Source of the DNA: Felis catus | Taxonomy: Eukaryota | DNA: 64,000 nt | Assembly (NCBI RefSeq): GCF_018350175.1 | Contig: NC_058368.1 | Span: forward strand, 9,300,001-9,364,000 | Direction of reading: 5' to 3' | Shown here: one piece after another, positions 1 to 13,329 of the stretch | Layout of the letters: every line of letters begins with the position of its first letter | How positions within the stretch are numbered: position 1 is the first letter of the stretch | Translations under genes and position numbers: made by a program | Notes under the pieces: generated by a model | Databases searched by the model: none | What the model saw: only the letters and a program-made list of their open reading frames with translations | What the model was told of the DNA's origin: nothing

Positions 1-258
1 TCTATAGACGGTGATTAACTTCAATAAATTTAACATTGTTACAATACTTTTGGAACCAGTCTGGTTTCTCACACTCCAGGTGAGCTCCGTGTAAAGCCAA
101 GTGTGAGAGGCACTGGGGTCACTAAAACTCCCCCCCTAGGATCTTGGTTCCTGGTGAAGTGAGAGAAGTGAGAGGATTCATTTTCAGAATTAGCAGATAA
201 AAGCTGTGCTGTCTAGTTAACAACAGGTTTATAACCTATTGGAGATATGTACGAACGG

Positions 259-259
<1 letters not shown>

Positions 260-290
<31 letters not shown>
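260..290. repeat. (CA)n microsatellite
   Basis: About 15 perfect CA units. Confidence 0.95.
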
Positions 291-292
<2 letters not shown>

Positions 293-695
293 TGGAGTCC
301 CAAACCCTTAGACACTTCACTTCCTGGTTTTTCTTCCTCTCTTCATTTCAGAAGCTTATTTTTTCGCGGGCTTTGCAATGAGCATGTGCCAAAGAACTGA
401 AGTCTCTGTGTCACCTCAAGGAATGTACCTTTGTTCCAATCAGACTACTTTTTTTTTTTTGCCTTGCATGGGCACAGGCGACTTCCGGGCAAGACCGTAA
501 CCCCTGTAGTCCTCAGCCAATGAGAAATCAGGGGAGGGACTTCACGCTAGGAGGTAAATTGCCTGCTGTAACTGCCCAGAGTGTCCCTGTCCATGGGACA
601 CCGCTCTTGCAAGAACATTGATTAAAGCGTCACTTCACTGTGCCTCAAGTCTCCGTGTCCCTCCTTTGATTGGGTCAGTGGGCTTATATCTCACA
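291..695 (+). mobile_element. Solo LTR, ERV1-like (family not assigned)
   Basis: About 400 bp with CCAAT (517-521), ATTAAA poly(A) signal (621-626) and terminal ...CTCACA. The 5' end is obscured by the CA repeat. Confidence 0.5.
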
Positions 696-1064
696 TGAAG
701 GAAGCAGAAAGGAGGTTGATGGCCAGACTAGGTTTTCCAGCTCACTGGGATTCCAGCAGAACAAACTGGTCCATGCACAAAGGAGATGCAGAAGAAGTCT
801 GGGTCTGAAGTGTCACTCTCAAAAGCCACATTTCTGAGACCCTCCCCCTTTCTTCTTCCATCCCAGGGCTCCATTTCCCCCTGGGGGACCTCTCGCGACT
901 GAGGCTTATTTGATAAGCAGCAAGTGATTTGTTAGCAATCTAATGTAGTGCAACAGCCTACTGAGAAATGACCATGAGCTTGGTTCATACTACTTTGGAC
1001 TTTTATAACGAAAATAAGTATGTCCCCTTCCTTACAAATCATCCTCACAGCCTTTGAAGAGGAG

Positions 1065-1480
1065 TGTGATGGTTATAACTGTATGTGTCAACTTGACTGG
1101 GTCACAGGGTGCCCAGTATTTGGTTAAACATTATTCAGGGTGTCTGTGAGGGTGTTTCTGGAGATTAACATTTGAATCCGTAGTCCGAGTAAAGCAGATC
1201 GCCCTCCCCAATCATTCAACCCAAGGACGGCCTGAATAGAGCAAAAAGCTGGGTAAGGGAGAATTCACTCTCTGCCTGACTGTCTCAAGCTGGGACTCAG
1301 CCTTCTTCTGCCTTCGGACTTGAACTTAGACTGGAACTAACATCAGCTGTTCTGGGCCTCCAGCTTGCAGACTGTAGATTTGGGGAGTTTTCAGCTTCCA
1401 TAACCACAGGAACCAGTTTCTTAAAATGTATATGTATGATATATTTGGTTCTGTTTCTCTGGAGAATCCAGACCGATGCA
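1065..1480 (+). mobile_element. MLT2 (MLT2B-like, ERVL) solo LTR
   Basis: Starts TGTGATGGTT...TGTGTCAACTTGACTGGG, ends GGTTCTGTTTCTCTGGAGAATCCAGACCGATGCA; 5-bp TSD AGGAG/AGAAG. Confidence 0.9.
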
Positions 1481-3889
1481 AGAAGTGAGCTGGAGTTTTC
1501 CAGAAGAGAAAGAAATGGGGTAGAGAAAGTTGAAGAAGGATTTTCCAACCTGGAAGGTGGTAGTTGGATATTCAGAGATGGGATGGTGGGTTGTAGGCTC
1601 TTCAGGGAACTGACCTCCTCAAAGGTAAGTTCTTTGAGGTGGCACATTCTCAAGTAGGGATGGCTGGAAAGGGCTGGGCAGAGAGTGCCAGGGTCCTGGG
1701 ACCCAGGTGAAGATCCTCTAGGGCTGAGCCTGGCCCAGGGTGGATGGAGCTACCACACAGGCCTTTAAGGAGCCACTCTGGCTTGGCTGGAAGCCAGGCA
1801 GGTGGATATCTCCAGGTAGAGCCAGAGGGAAATGCAGGACCAGCTCTACCGGCAGTCTAGGTGACATCCAAGAGATGTGGTGGGATGAAACACGTTAAAA
1901 CCTCAGGTATCTTATATACCCTTGGGAAGGCAAGGAGACCAGAAAATGACCCATACTGGATTTCCAGTTTTCCCTAAGTGTCAAGAAGTAGTTGACATCC
2001 GAACATGCATATAGGGCCCAAATTCATCTCCGTGTCCCACTGTTTCTCTGGGGGAATGGTATAGAACAATTCCTCTTCCTCATAACATTCCTTTAGTTAC
2101 TTGAAGATGATTGGGAGTATTTCACGAACTGTTGTTCCCTGGGAGAGAAAGTGAGCTCAGAATCCTCTGAAATGGATTGTATTTGCAAAAGGGCATTTTT
2201 CTGAGGAGGGAATCCCATAAACTTGATCAGATCCTCAAAAGGGGTTGGACCTAAAAAAACGACATGCCCTTGTGGGAGAATGACTGGAATCGGTAATTCC
2301 TTCATTCACTCAACAAGTATCCGTGGCACCTCCCACACCTCGGGCGCTTAGCTCCAAGTAGAATACTGCGCACACAGTGGCTCCTACCCCTAGTCTTTGC
2401 TCCAACCGTGTGTAGTCTGTGCTGCTTCTTCACAACTGGCCTCATTGCTGTCTCTCCACCCTAGAGTCTCAGAGCTTCTCAAGGCCAAGCCCAGAGCAAG
2501 CGTTGGCTCCAGGAGGTTGAAATTTCTGACTTTCATCCTGACTTCACCTCCCCCTGAGAACACCTTGAGGCTTCTGTCAGAAAATATCCCTAGTGAGGCA
2601 TTAGCAGTGTTCCTCCTGCAGTCTTCCTGGGATATTGGGAAGGGTGGAGAATCCTCACCAGACCAGGAGCAAATCTCCACTGGTGAGACTGCAGCCTGGT
2701 GAAGCGTGGGTGGGGGAAACTCTGGTGGAATCAGGCCTCCCCAGAACCCCACATTGGGTCACCTGGATGGTGTCCTTCTCCTCCTGGGGCCCCTGTGTTC
2801 CTGTCAGTTCACACCAGCTGCTCCACAGTGCTTCAATGCCCACCCACCGCTCTTCCTCCCCATCTTTGGCATGCTGTCAATCCCTGCTCAGTTGCCTTCT
2901 TTCCACTGTCGGCCCACATAAAGCCCACTACCCTCTCTTCAAACCATCACTCAGGGTCCGCCTCTGAGTTTGCAAGGTCTCTGGGGCCTGGTCTCTCTCT
3001 CACCTCCATGGCTTCCCCAATCTCCTTTCACCTCCATACCATCTTATAACCTGTATTTTGTACTTAGTAACTTATTTTTCTTGAATTCTTTAATTGCTTC
3101 CAATGGGAAGGTCTTACCTGCCCTAATGAAATGATTAACTTATAGGAGTATTTTTTTTGCTTTCATAATTGAGATGGGTTTTTTGTTTGCCTATCAGCAT
3201 AAAGACTTTGTGAACAATACACACATACTCCAAGTACTAGAATCCAAAAAGTCACAGGGTTGTAACACTTTTCTAAACAACTACCTCAGATGCTTTCTAG
3301 CTTAAGTTTGGAGAAAAATCTCCCTTAAAAAGAAGCTATTAACAACCAGTATTTTCAAATGTGGACTAGTTGTTTACTCTAAGGTCCCACTAAGGTACAA
3401 TTTCATATGAGGCACCTCACATGTTTACAAGTCTCCAATTTGTTACAGCAAACTAATAAAGTGGTTGGAAAAATATTATTGTGCCTCTACAAAAGATATT
3501 ACAGATAGCACGTGACTCTGGCTGGGAGAGCCAAAATCAGGGAGCCGTTTTGTTCAAAAAGCAATTGTAAAAAAAAATAGCTTGGATAGAGAAAATAAGT
3601 AATTTAAAATGCTTGAGACATGTCAAATGCAAGATTGAGACTTCCAATTACCATTCAGTTATGCTTCACATTATAGGTTTAAAAACAACTGCCCCCATCC
3701 CATCAGTTTATGGAATGTTAGGTTGACACATCAAAGACTGTCAAAGACTGTCACGATTCAATAGCCTGTTATGTTTTAGTTGAACAGAAAAATAACCAGC
3801 TAGGATGTAATTTCACCTCTTAAAAAGCTTTTGCACTTAGCTAAATAGAAAAAAAAAAAAGCGGGGGGTGGGTGGGAGGGGACAAAGTA

Positions 3890-4274
3890 TGTGATGATTA
3901 ACTTTATGTGTCAACTTGGCTGGGCTATAGTATCCAGTTATTTAATCAAACACTAAACCAGGTGTTGGCTGTGAAGGTATTTTGTAGATATGGTTAATAT
4001 CTATAGTTTGTTCTCTTTAAGTAAAGTTGATTACCCTTGATAATGTGGGTGGTAACTCATCCAATCTCTTGAAGGTTTTAAGAGAAAAAACTGACATTTC
4101 CTGAAGAAAAAGAGATTCTGTCTGAAGACAAGATCATTAGTTTCTGCCTGAGTTTCCAATCTGTTGACCTGCATTACAGGTTTCAGATTTGCCAGTCTCC
4201 ATAATCATGTGAACAGGTTCCTTTAAATAGATTTCCTAGCCATAAGAAATCTTCCTAGAACTCTGACTGATACC
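3890..4274 (+). mobile_element. MLT2 (MLT2D-like, ERVL) solo LTR
   Basis: TGTGATGATTAACTTTATGTGTCAACTTGGCT start, CTGACTGATAC end; TSD AAGTA/AGGTA. Confidence 0.85.
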
Positions 4275-5549
4275 AGGTAGAATTTATTCCTTTTGAGAAC
4301 TACAAAAATGTCTGCATTTATGAAAGAGCTTATAAAAATATTCCCCCAAAGAGATTGTACCACTGGTAGATTTAAGGTCTAACATATAAATGATTACATT
4401 AAATATAAATGGTTTAATTTTACCAATTAAAAGACAGATTTGGCTGAGTGGTTAAGACACATGACCCAACCATAAGCTATCTACACTAAATTTACTTCAC
4501 ATGTAACAATATAGGCAGGTTAAAGTAAAAAGAGGAAAAAAAAAAAAGATATATTTTGCAAACACTCAAAAGAAAGTAGGAGTGGCTATACTAATGTAAA
4601 GTAGATTTCAGAGCAAAAAAAAAAAATCAAAAACAGAGAAGAATATTATATAATGACAAAAAAGGTCAATCCATCAAGAAAATATAGGGATCTTTAATGT
4701 GTATGCACTAAACAACAGATCTGCAAAACATATGAAGCAATAAATGATGGAATGGGATGGTGTAATAGACACATCCACAATTACAGTTGGAGACTTCAAC
4801 ACCTGTCTTGCAACAATTGATAAAGTGACTTGGCAAAAAAATCAGCAGGATGTATAAGAACTAACAACATCATCAACCAATAAGTGATGACATTTATAAG
4901 ACACTTTATCCAATATCAGCATTATACACATTTGCTGCCAGTGCTTACAAAATATATACCAAGATTGACAATATTCTAGGCATAATATAAATCTCAACAA
5001 ATTTATAAGAACTGACATCATATGAAGTGTGTTCTTTGACATCAATGGACTCAACGAGAAGTCAATAACAGAAAGATGAGAGAAAAACCACTAAACCCTC
5101 AGAAACTAAACCACACACTTCTAAGTAATCCCTGAGTCAAAGAGGAAGTCTCAAAGGAAATTAAAAAATATACTGAACTAAATGAAACAAAAATAAAACT
5201 TATAAAAATCTGTGGAGCACAGAAGAGCAGGGCTGAGAGGAAAATTTAGCACTAAATACATACTTTAGGAAAGAAAAACGCCTCCAATTAATAATGTAAG
5301 TTTCCATCTCATGAATCTAGATAAAGAGTAAAATAAACCTAAAACATGCAGAAGAAACACTAAAAAGTAGAAATCTATGAAATTGTAAAAAGAAATAAAA
5401 CAAAAAGCTGGTTCTTTGAAAAGATTAATAAAATTGGTGAACATGTAGCAAGACTGACAAGGAAACACAAGAGAATATGCAAATTACCAACAGCAGGAAT
5501 AAGCAAGAGATAACAGCACAAACCCCACAGATATTAAAACGATAAGGGA

Positions 5550-5768
5550 GGGGCGCCTGGGTGGGCAGTCGGTTGAGCGTCCGACTTCAGCCAGGTCACG
5601 ATCTCGCGGTCTGTGAGTTCGAGCCCCGCGTCGGGCTCTGGGCTGATGGCTCAGAGCCTGGAGCCTGTTTCCGATTCTGTGTCTCCCTCTCTCTCTGCCC
5701 CTCCCCCGTTCATGCTCTCTCTCTGTCCCAAAAATAAATAAACGTTGAAAAAAAAAATTTAAAAAAAA
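5550..5768 (+). mobile_element. CAN-SINE, young SINEC_Fc
   Basis: GGGGCGCCTGGGTGG head, CT-rich tract, A tail; perfect TSD AAAACGATAAGGGA (5536-5549 / 5769-5782) at a TT/AAAA site. Confidence 0.97.
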
Positions 5769-7515
5769 AAAACGATAAGGGAATACTACTAACAGTTCTA
5801 AATACACCAAAACTCGACAGCTTTGATGAAATGAACCAATTCCTTGAAAAAGATGAACTACCACAACTCATTCAATATAAAAAAATTTGAATAACCCTAT
5901 AACTATTAAGAAAAATTCCTCCCAAAAGAATATACGGGCCCAGATGCTTTCATTGGAGAACTCTACTGAGTATTTAAAGAATTAGGCCCAATTCTCCTAG
6001 AAATAGAACTTCTCAATTAATTTTATGCAAGTGGTATTACTCTGATGCCAAAACCAGACAAAAACAGTACAAAAAAGAAAACAAGAGTTCACCAATATCT
6101 TTGGTGAATATATGTGAAATATATGTTGTGAATATATATATGTGAAAACCCTTAACAAAATACCGGCAAATAGAATTCAGAAATACATGAAAAGAATTAT
6201 ACCCCATGACCAAGGGAGAGTTTGTACCTGGCTAGTTCAATATTAAAAAATCAATCAGGGTAATCTACCATAATAACAGATTAAGAAATAAAAATCTCAT
6301 GATAATATCAATTGCTATAGCTAAAGCATTGGATGAAATCCAATACCCATTCATTATTTTTTTAAAAAACTTAGAAAAATAGTAATAAAGAGGAACGTAT
6401 TCAACTTGCTAAACAGTATCTGAAGAAAACCTACAGCTAACATTATATTTGATGATGAGACATGTAAGAAAGAAACACTGAATGTTTCCCCCTAAGACTG
6501 GTAATTGGCAATAAGGCTTTCATCTGTCTTATTCAAGATCTATTCAATGTAGTATTGGAAGTTCTACTCAGTGCAATAAGACAAAAAAAAAAAGAAAGAA
6601 AGAAAGAAAAAATAAACGTTGTAGATCAGAAAGCAAGAAGCAAAACGGTCCCTACTTGCAGATGACATAAATGTCCACACAGAAAATCCCAAGAAATATA
6701 TTTAAAAATCTCCTAGAGCTAATAACTGAGTCTAGTAAGGTTCGACGATCGAAGATAAACTTACGAGAATCAATTGTATTTCTATGTACTTGCAATGAAG
6801 ATATATGCACACTGAATTTAGAAATATAATACCATTTACAACCGCTCAAAATGTGAAATACATAATCTAACAAACTATCTATAGAACTTGTATGCTGAAA
6901 CCTACACAGCACTGATGAAAGAAACCAAAGACCTAAATAAGTCCAGAGACATGTTATGTTCATCGATTAAAAGACGCAGCATAGTAAAGATGTCAATTAT
7001 CTTCAAATTGGTATACAGGTTTAATGCAATTCCTTTCAAAATCCCAGCAAAAGTTTTTATAGATATAGGTAAGAATTTTCTGATTTATATAGACATGCAA
7101 AGGAATTAGAATAGCTGAGACCATTTTGAAAAGGAAGAATACAGTAGAAAGAATCAGTCTACCCAAATTCAAGACTTATTATAAACTTTCAGTATTCAAG
7201 ACTGCGTATGTTTAGCAGAGAGATAATCATAGTGGTCAACGAAACAGAATAGACAACCCATAAATAAACTCACAGTAATATGTCCAGCTGATTTTTCACA
7301 AAGGTGCACAAGCAATTCAACATAAAAAGAGAGCATTTTCAACAAATGGTGCTGAAGAAATTGGATATGCAGTGGTAACTAACCAACTAACTGAATGAAT
7401 GAATGAATAGACAGTAACCAACATCTTACACCTTATACAAAAATTTGTTCAAAATAGGCAAATAAGATGACATATTTACATTTGTTGATCTTTGCATTAA
7501 AAAAAACCTTGGGGG

Positions 7516-7745
7516 GGGGTGCCTTGGTGGCTCAGTCGGTTAGGCATCCGACTTCGGCTTAGGTCACGATCTCATGGTTTGTGGCTTTGAGCCCCACATC
7601 AAACTCTGCTGACAGCTCGGAGCCTGGAGCCTGTTTAAGATTCTGTGTCTCCTTCTCTCTCTGCCCCTCTCCAACTTGTACTCTGTCTCTCTATGTCTCT
7701 CAATAAATAAATAAATGTAAAAAATATATATATATATTTGTTAAA
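7516..7745 (+). mobile_element. CAN-SINE (older felid type)
   Basis: tRNA-like head, CT tract, AT-rich tail. Confidence 0.93.
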
Positions 7746-8321
7746 AAACAAACCTGGAAGAAACAGTGTTCTATGGAAGCAGACAGTGAAGAGATGAACA
7801 AAGCTATAGTTAGATTTATAAAAATTTACAAATTTTTATTTTGTTCTAATTTTTGAACTGTATACATGTTATTACTTATCTAAAAAATTAAATTTAATTA
7901 AAATAAAAAGTTACACTACAAAGCCAATTAAAATCTGTTCAAAAAAAGTTACCTCAAAAATGAATCGTGGATTTAAAGCTAAAATGTAAAACTGTAAAAC
8001 TTTTTGAAAAAAACATAGGGAAAATCTTCGGAGTCTAGGGCTAGGCAAAGATTTTTTTAGATTTGACACCCAAACACAATCCTTACAAGGAAAAATTGAT
8101 AAATTGTACTCAGTCAGGATTAAAAGTGTTTGCTCTTTGAAAGCTTGTAAGAGGATGAAAAGATAAAATACACACTATGAGAAAATATTTGCAAATCTGA
8201 CAAAGGACGAATATCTAGAACATATAAAGAACACTCAAAACTCAACAATAAAGAAACAAACGATCCAATTAGAACATGGGCAAAAGACCTGAAAAAATGT
8301 CTTACTAAAGACATTTGCCAT

Positions 8322-8561
8322 GGGGCGCCTGGGTGGCTCAGTTGGTTGGGTGGCTCAGTTGGTTGGGTGACCAACTTCGTTTCAGGTCATGATCTCACAG
8401 TTTGTGAGTTCGAGCCCCACGTCGGGCTCTGTGCTGACAGCTCAGAGCCTGGAGCCTATTTCAGATTCTGTGTCTCTGCCTCTCTCTACCCCTCCCCTGC
8501 TCACTCTCTGTGTCTCTCTGTCTCTCAATAATAAATAAACATTAAAAAAAAAATAAAAAAA
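8322..8561 (+). mobile_element. CAN-SINE with duplicated A-box
   Basis: TSD AAAGACATTTGCCA; 17-bp tandem duplication in the head. Confidence 0.95.
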
Positions 8562-9482
8562 AAAGACATTTGCCACATATGGCAAATAAACACATGAAAA
8601 GATGTTCGGTGTCATCAACAATTAGAGAAATGCAAATTAAAACTGCAGTGAAATATTACCACATACCTATCAGAACAGCTAAAATAAAAAAAGTGACAAC
8701 ATCACATTGGAATCAATCTAGATGTCCTTCAACCGGTGGATGGTCAGACAAACTTTCTGGAATACTATTCGGTTATGTAAAAAGAACAAACTATGTATAC
8801 ACAATACTGTATATCTAGGTAAATACCCAGAGAATCATGGTGAGTGAAAAAGTCAGTTCTGAAAGTTTGTGGGTTATATGATTTCATTTCTACAGCATTC
8901 TTGAAACGGCAAAATTGTGGAAATGGCGGACGGATTAGTGGCTCCTAGGGGTGGGGAGAGGGGCAAAAGGGACGTGGGCATGGCTGTAAAACAGCGACAC
9001 CAGGGTCCTTGTGGTAATGGAACCGTTCTATATCTTGACTATCGATGTCAATATACTGGTTGTAGCATCGTACTAACTGTCATGCAGTTTTGCAAGACGT
9101 TTCCATTGGGGGAAACTGAGTGAAGAACATGAGGAGATTCTCCGTGTTATTTTTTATAACTGTGTGTGAGTCTACTATTATCTCAAAATAAAAATTAATT
9201 TAAAAAATTGAGGAGCCTAAACAACCAAAATGAGTAGACTGCCCAAATACTTTTCGTTTTGCTAGAGTTTTGCTTCGTAATACCGTTTGAGAGAATAGCA
9301 TTTGCTGACCTTTAGGTATTGTTTTAATTAAATTGTAATTTCATTTTCACAGAGTTGGTTACCTTCCTAAAATATCCATATTTTAGTTTCACTCATAGTA
9401 TCTTTAAGGGAACCTAGTTAATTAGTCTTCAATCCAATGAGACAGAAGATAAATGTTGGGGATGTCATTTTAAAATATACAT

Positions 9483-9660
9483 GGGGCGCCTGGGGGACTC
9501 AGTCAGTTGGGCATTTGACTCTTGATTTCAGCTCAGGTCTTGATCCCAGAGTCATGGGATCAAGCCCCACATCAGTCTCCATGCTGAGCATGGAGCCTGC
9601 CTGAGATTCTCTCTCTTCCTCTGCCCCTCTTCCCCACTCATACTCTCTCTCTTTTCCCCT
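9483..9660 (+). mobile_element. CAN-SINE (older carnivore type)
   Basis: GGGGCGCCTGG head, ...GGAGCCTGCCTGAGATTCTCTC body; flanked by TAAAATAT on both sides. Confidence 0.9.
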
Positions 9661-11036
9661 AAAATATCAGCCGCAAGACACCGTAGAAAATCAACACGTA
9701 GAATGGACACTTCTGCTGGGGTTTTCCAAAGAGCTTCCTGAGGTCTCTAAATTAGAAGAACCACAGGGAGGAATACCTGCCTGTGACACGCATAAGTGTG
9801 TCACACATTTTTATTTCTAACATCAGTTTTCTAAAAGGATTTTGTTCCCAGCTTCTCTAGCTTCTAACTCTGAGGGGTATGTCCTGGGATGGTCAAGAGG
9901 TGAGTGACCCAGAAAACCAAAAGAACCTTGTTTGTTTGGCAGAAGAAGTCAACAGCCTTAGCGGACGTTAATCAAACCTCGTCGTTTCTGTGAGAAACGT
10001 AGACAGACCTTGTTTTCTTATGGTGTGTCCTATTTACTATTTGATATTACAGTGTGTTTGAAGCCCTACTACTCAACTGTATCAAGGGTGGGACATTTTC
10101 CCTTGCACGTAACCTAGGAATCCTTGCATTTGAAGTTGGTCAGTCTGCCAGTCGGCATGTGGCCTAGACATTCACTCCTGTTACGTCATTCACCAGTGGC
10201 TGGAATGAACGTGGTCTTGGCACTATATGGAATATGTGACCACTATATGGAATACGTGATGTGATTCTTAGAAATCTGATAAGGATTCTACTTTAAAAAA
10301 AGGTATCTCTTTCTCAACTCAGAAAGGCTTCACACACCCAATTTAAAGAAAATGCAGTGAAAGCATTAATAGGAAACATTAGGGGCTTAAATCTAGGTGT
10401 TCTGATCCCAAGGTTGTCTGACTCTCCCTTTAGGTGACTTTCAGAATTATCCTACTTAGGGCAATTCTTTGTTTCCTCTTCTGGGTGTACTTCTTATCTC
10501 AGAGGCTGATTACAAAAATTTAGTCAGATAATATATGCGAAAAACTTTGTAAACTCTAAATCCCTTCACAAATGTGAAGTGTTTCTGTTGAAGTTTAATA
10601 TCTCGTTCTCTCCTACATTGCTTCTTTGCCCTGACTCATTAGAATCACCTGGGAGAGTTTAGTGACTGCCAGTAACTTCTTCCCTTCCTCTCTCCTCCTT
10701 CCCTTCTTTTCCTTCCTTTGAAGACAATGGCATGGCCAGGGCCAAAGAGGCAGTGGCTGAAGAACAAGTATCAGGGCTTGAAGCTGAGAAGCTGTCAAGA
10801 CTAAGAAGGTGACCAGTGTGGTCAGGAGATTGGTTAGAGAGAGAGAGAGAGTGAGAGAGAGACTGGGCAAATATTGAATAGATTGAGGATTACAGAAGCG
10901 AGATTTATATTCATTCCACAGAGGACTCACAGATATGGTGAGAAGGAAGCCTAGAAGGAACCTTGAGGTGTTGAACGGAAATTAGACGTACTGGTGAGAC
11001 GGGACAGTTTTAAAGTATATATCCATGGATATGTAT

Positions 11037-11041
<5 letters not shown>

Positions 11042-11072
<31 letters not shown>
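11042..11072. repeat. (TG)n microsatellite
   Basis: Perfect TG run. Confidence 0.95.
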
Positions 11073-11074
<2 letters not shown>

Positions 11075-11077
<3 letters not shown>

Positions 11078-12633
11078 AACTCTGAACAGTAAGACAGCCT
11101 AGAACCAATGACACCTTTGTAGCAATGACACCTTCACAGCAATGAGTACAATGAGCTTTTGATTTCTAAATACTAAAAAGGCACCCGAGATCTTTGGAGA
11201 TAAGGCTGATTCCAGGGTTAGGGCCTACAAAGAATTGGAAAGGCTGAAACACTTTGCCCAGAAAGTAAGGAGATATTATGGGGATGTGTCAAGAGAATCT
11301 AGGAGCCTGCATGAAGGGACTCTCACTGGCCAAATCTAGAAAAATTGGATCGTCAAAATATATAATGATAGAAATGGGTTATATTACTTTCAATTAAATA
11401 GAATGCATGAGTCCATAAATAAATAAGCAAAAAAAATGGGGTAAAGGGAAAATTCTTTTCTTGTAGTAGAATGACAAGAAAGGGAGAAGAAATGATGGAG
11501 TTAGAAAATCACCATTTGGCAACTCCAGTGGCCATGAAAAATCTCTTCTCTGCAGAGTTCCAACTGCAGGGAACATAACTGACCTATAGCTCTCGATGAT
11601 GTGTTCTGATAGCAATGGCCTAGTTTGCCGAAGTCCTGTGTTTTTAGTCAATGGCTGTGAGAAGAGGGGATACGAAGGCAGCCTTCTTCCCAGGACACAT
11701 GGAAGTCTTCTGATGGGTAACTTTGACTCAAGGAGTCCCATGGCTTTACTAAAATTTCCTTAGAACTGTACCACAGGCTGTTTTCCTCCCCAGCTTTCCT
11801 TCCTTCCCTCTTTTCTCTACTATGATTAAACCATTCCAATCTGACATTTCCCCAAGCCTCCTCTGGCTCTGGCCTTCGCCCGCTCACCCTCACAGGAGTC
11901 TCCCCAGTGCATCTCTTGCACTCTTTTGCACATCTAACCCTGTCTTGGTGTCTGCTTCTCAAAGAGCCCTAACTAACCCAGAAATCATCACTGGAGTATT
12001 AATTCGGGTGAGAGGCACCAATGGGTGGAGGTTTAAGCTTTGATGAGAAACTTGACGCTGACATAAGTCTTGGATTGTCTTCCTAAGTCGTTACTTATCA
12101 AGCATAAAGGGAAAATGGTGCCTTTATAATGGAGGAGGCCGACAGACTTCAACCTGACCAGGTGATGAAGGTTAATGTCACCAGTGGTGGGACGGGTTGA
12201 TGTGTGTTCTCTGATGTGCGAGAGGCGTGAAGAATCACTTCTGTGGTATTCCCATCCAGCATGGATGGTTTGAGTCTGGTCATGAGAGAACATTCATGGA
12301 CCCCGTTTGGGGACATGCTACAGAAAAAAAGCATGAAGCTCACAAAAGGTAAGGAAAGACTGAGGGAAGGTTTCAGATTGAAGGAGATTAAAGAGACATG
12401 ATCATTAAACGTAACATATGATTCTGAATCGGATCCTTGACCGGAAGAAAAGAAACACGGTGAGACCAATTGGGAAGATTTGAATGGGGCTGTGGAATGG
12501 ATAACAGTGTTGAACCAATGTTGACTTCCCCTTTGGTAGGTTGTATACTAGAGAGGTGTCTGTGCTTTGGAAAATACACAGGGGAAGGCTTTCAAATAGT
12601 TCAGGAAGGGGATGGTCGTTAATAAAGGGTACA

Positions 12634-12673
<40 letters not shown>

Positions 12674-12820
12674 CTCACATAAGAGCAAATAAGGGGAGTG
12701 TTAATAATCAGGGGTATCTGGGTGAAGAGAACGAGGGAGCTCTTTATGCTGTTCTTGCATCTTTTCTGGAAACTTGAAATGAGTTCAAAATAAATTATGA
12801 AAAATACATTAATAAAATAT
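11075..12820 (+). mobile_element. L1MC4-like 3' region interrupted by an LTR16 and a (CA)n at 12635-12671
   Basis: Diagnostic segments GAAATGATGGAGTTAGAAAATCACCATTTGGCAAC and ATCCTTGACCGGAAG...; A-rich end near 12790-12820. Confidence 0.7.
11525..11980 (+). mobile_element. LTR16-like (ERVL) solo LTR
   Basis: 3' end TTGCACATCTAACCCTGTCTTGGTGTCTGCTTCTCAAAGAGCCCTAACTAACCCA matches the recalled LTR16 terminus. Confidence 0.7.
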
Positions 12821-13329
12821 CGGTGGCCAGGCCCTGACCCAGGCCAGTCCAATCAGGAACTGCCAGACCACCTGGGCATTCTTTTTCAAACTCCCCTGAG
12901 GTCTCCAGCATGTGCGGAGGGGTGGGAACCACAGCCTCGCCACCTCAGCCGCCATCTACACTGACATAATAGTTGTCTTCCATCTGTAAACTACAACAGG
13001 CCCAGGCTCTGTAACCAATTCAGTCTCCATCTGGGATGGTTTGAGGAGCTCTAGACCAGTGACTAAGTTTAGCAGTCCTGTTACCATCAGCCTTGTTCTG
13101 CCCTTGATGTTTGACAGTGGGCTGGGCCTTGGCCTTATGATGTCTTCTTGCCTCGTATCCCGGTGACCAGCGCTTTACGTTGGCTCCCTCGGGCCCCATT
13201 TCCTAGTTCTCCCAGGGACTAGAATCCCATTCCTATTCTCCCCGAGAGGGCGAGGGACTGTACCACCAGCTGTCAAGGCCCTTGGATGACAAGTGTCTTC
13301 CGGCCTGCCCACTCCCTCACTCAGCCGGA

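Larger units (their letters stand above)
4380..9208 (+). mobile_element. Old 5'-truncated, degenerate LINE-1 (L1MD-like): ORF2 remnants and 3' UTR
   Basis: Endonuclease N-terminus remnant (ITLNINGL...PIKRQ) near 4390, RT remnant LADDINVHTENPK near 6655-6693, L1MD-type 3' UTR ending in an A-rich tail. Many stops, frameshifts and deletions; interrupted by three SINEs. Confidence 0.9.

Noticed and set aside
3100..3850. AT-rich block ending in an A12 run, considered as a processed pseudogene or transposase remnant
   Set aside because: No recognisable peptide, TSD or TIR.
4380..8820. Functional reverse transcriptase/endonuclease gene (ORFs 6888-7109, 8570-8818)
   Set aside because: Short surviving frames of a heavily mutated old L1 ORF2 with a degenerate catalytic motif.
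10221..10260. Short local tandem duplications (20 bp here; 10 bp near 3731-3753; 17 bp at 32265-32298)
   Set aside because: Ordinary slippage duplications with no functional signal.
12405..12852. Cys-Val / His-Thr repeat ORFs (also 52273-52541, and the KERK repeat at 63325-63528)
   Set aside because: Translations of microsatellites.
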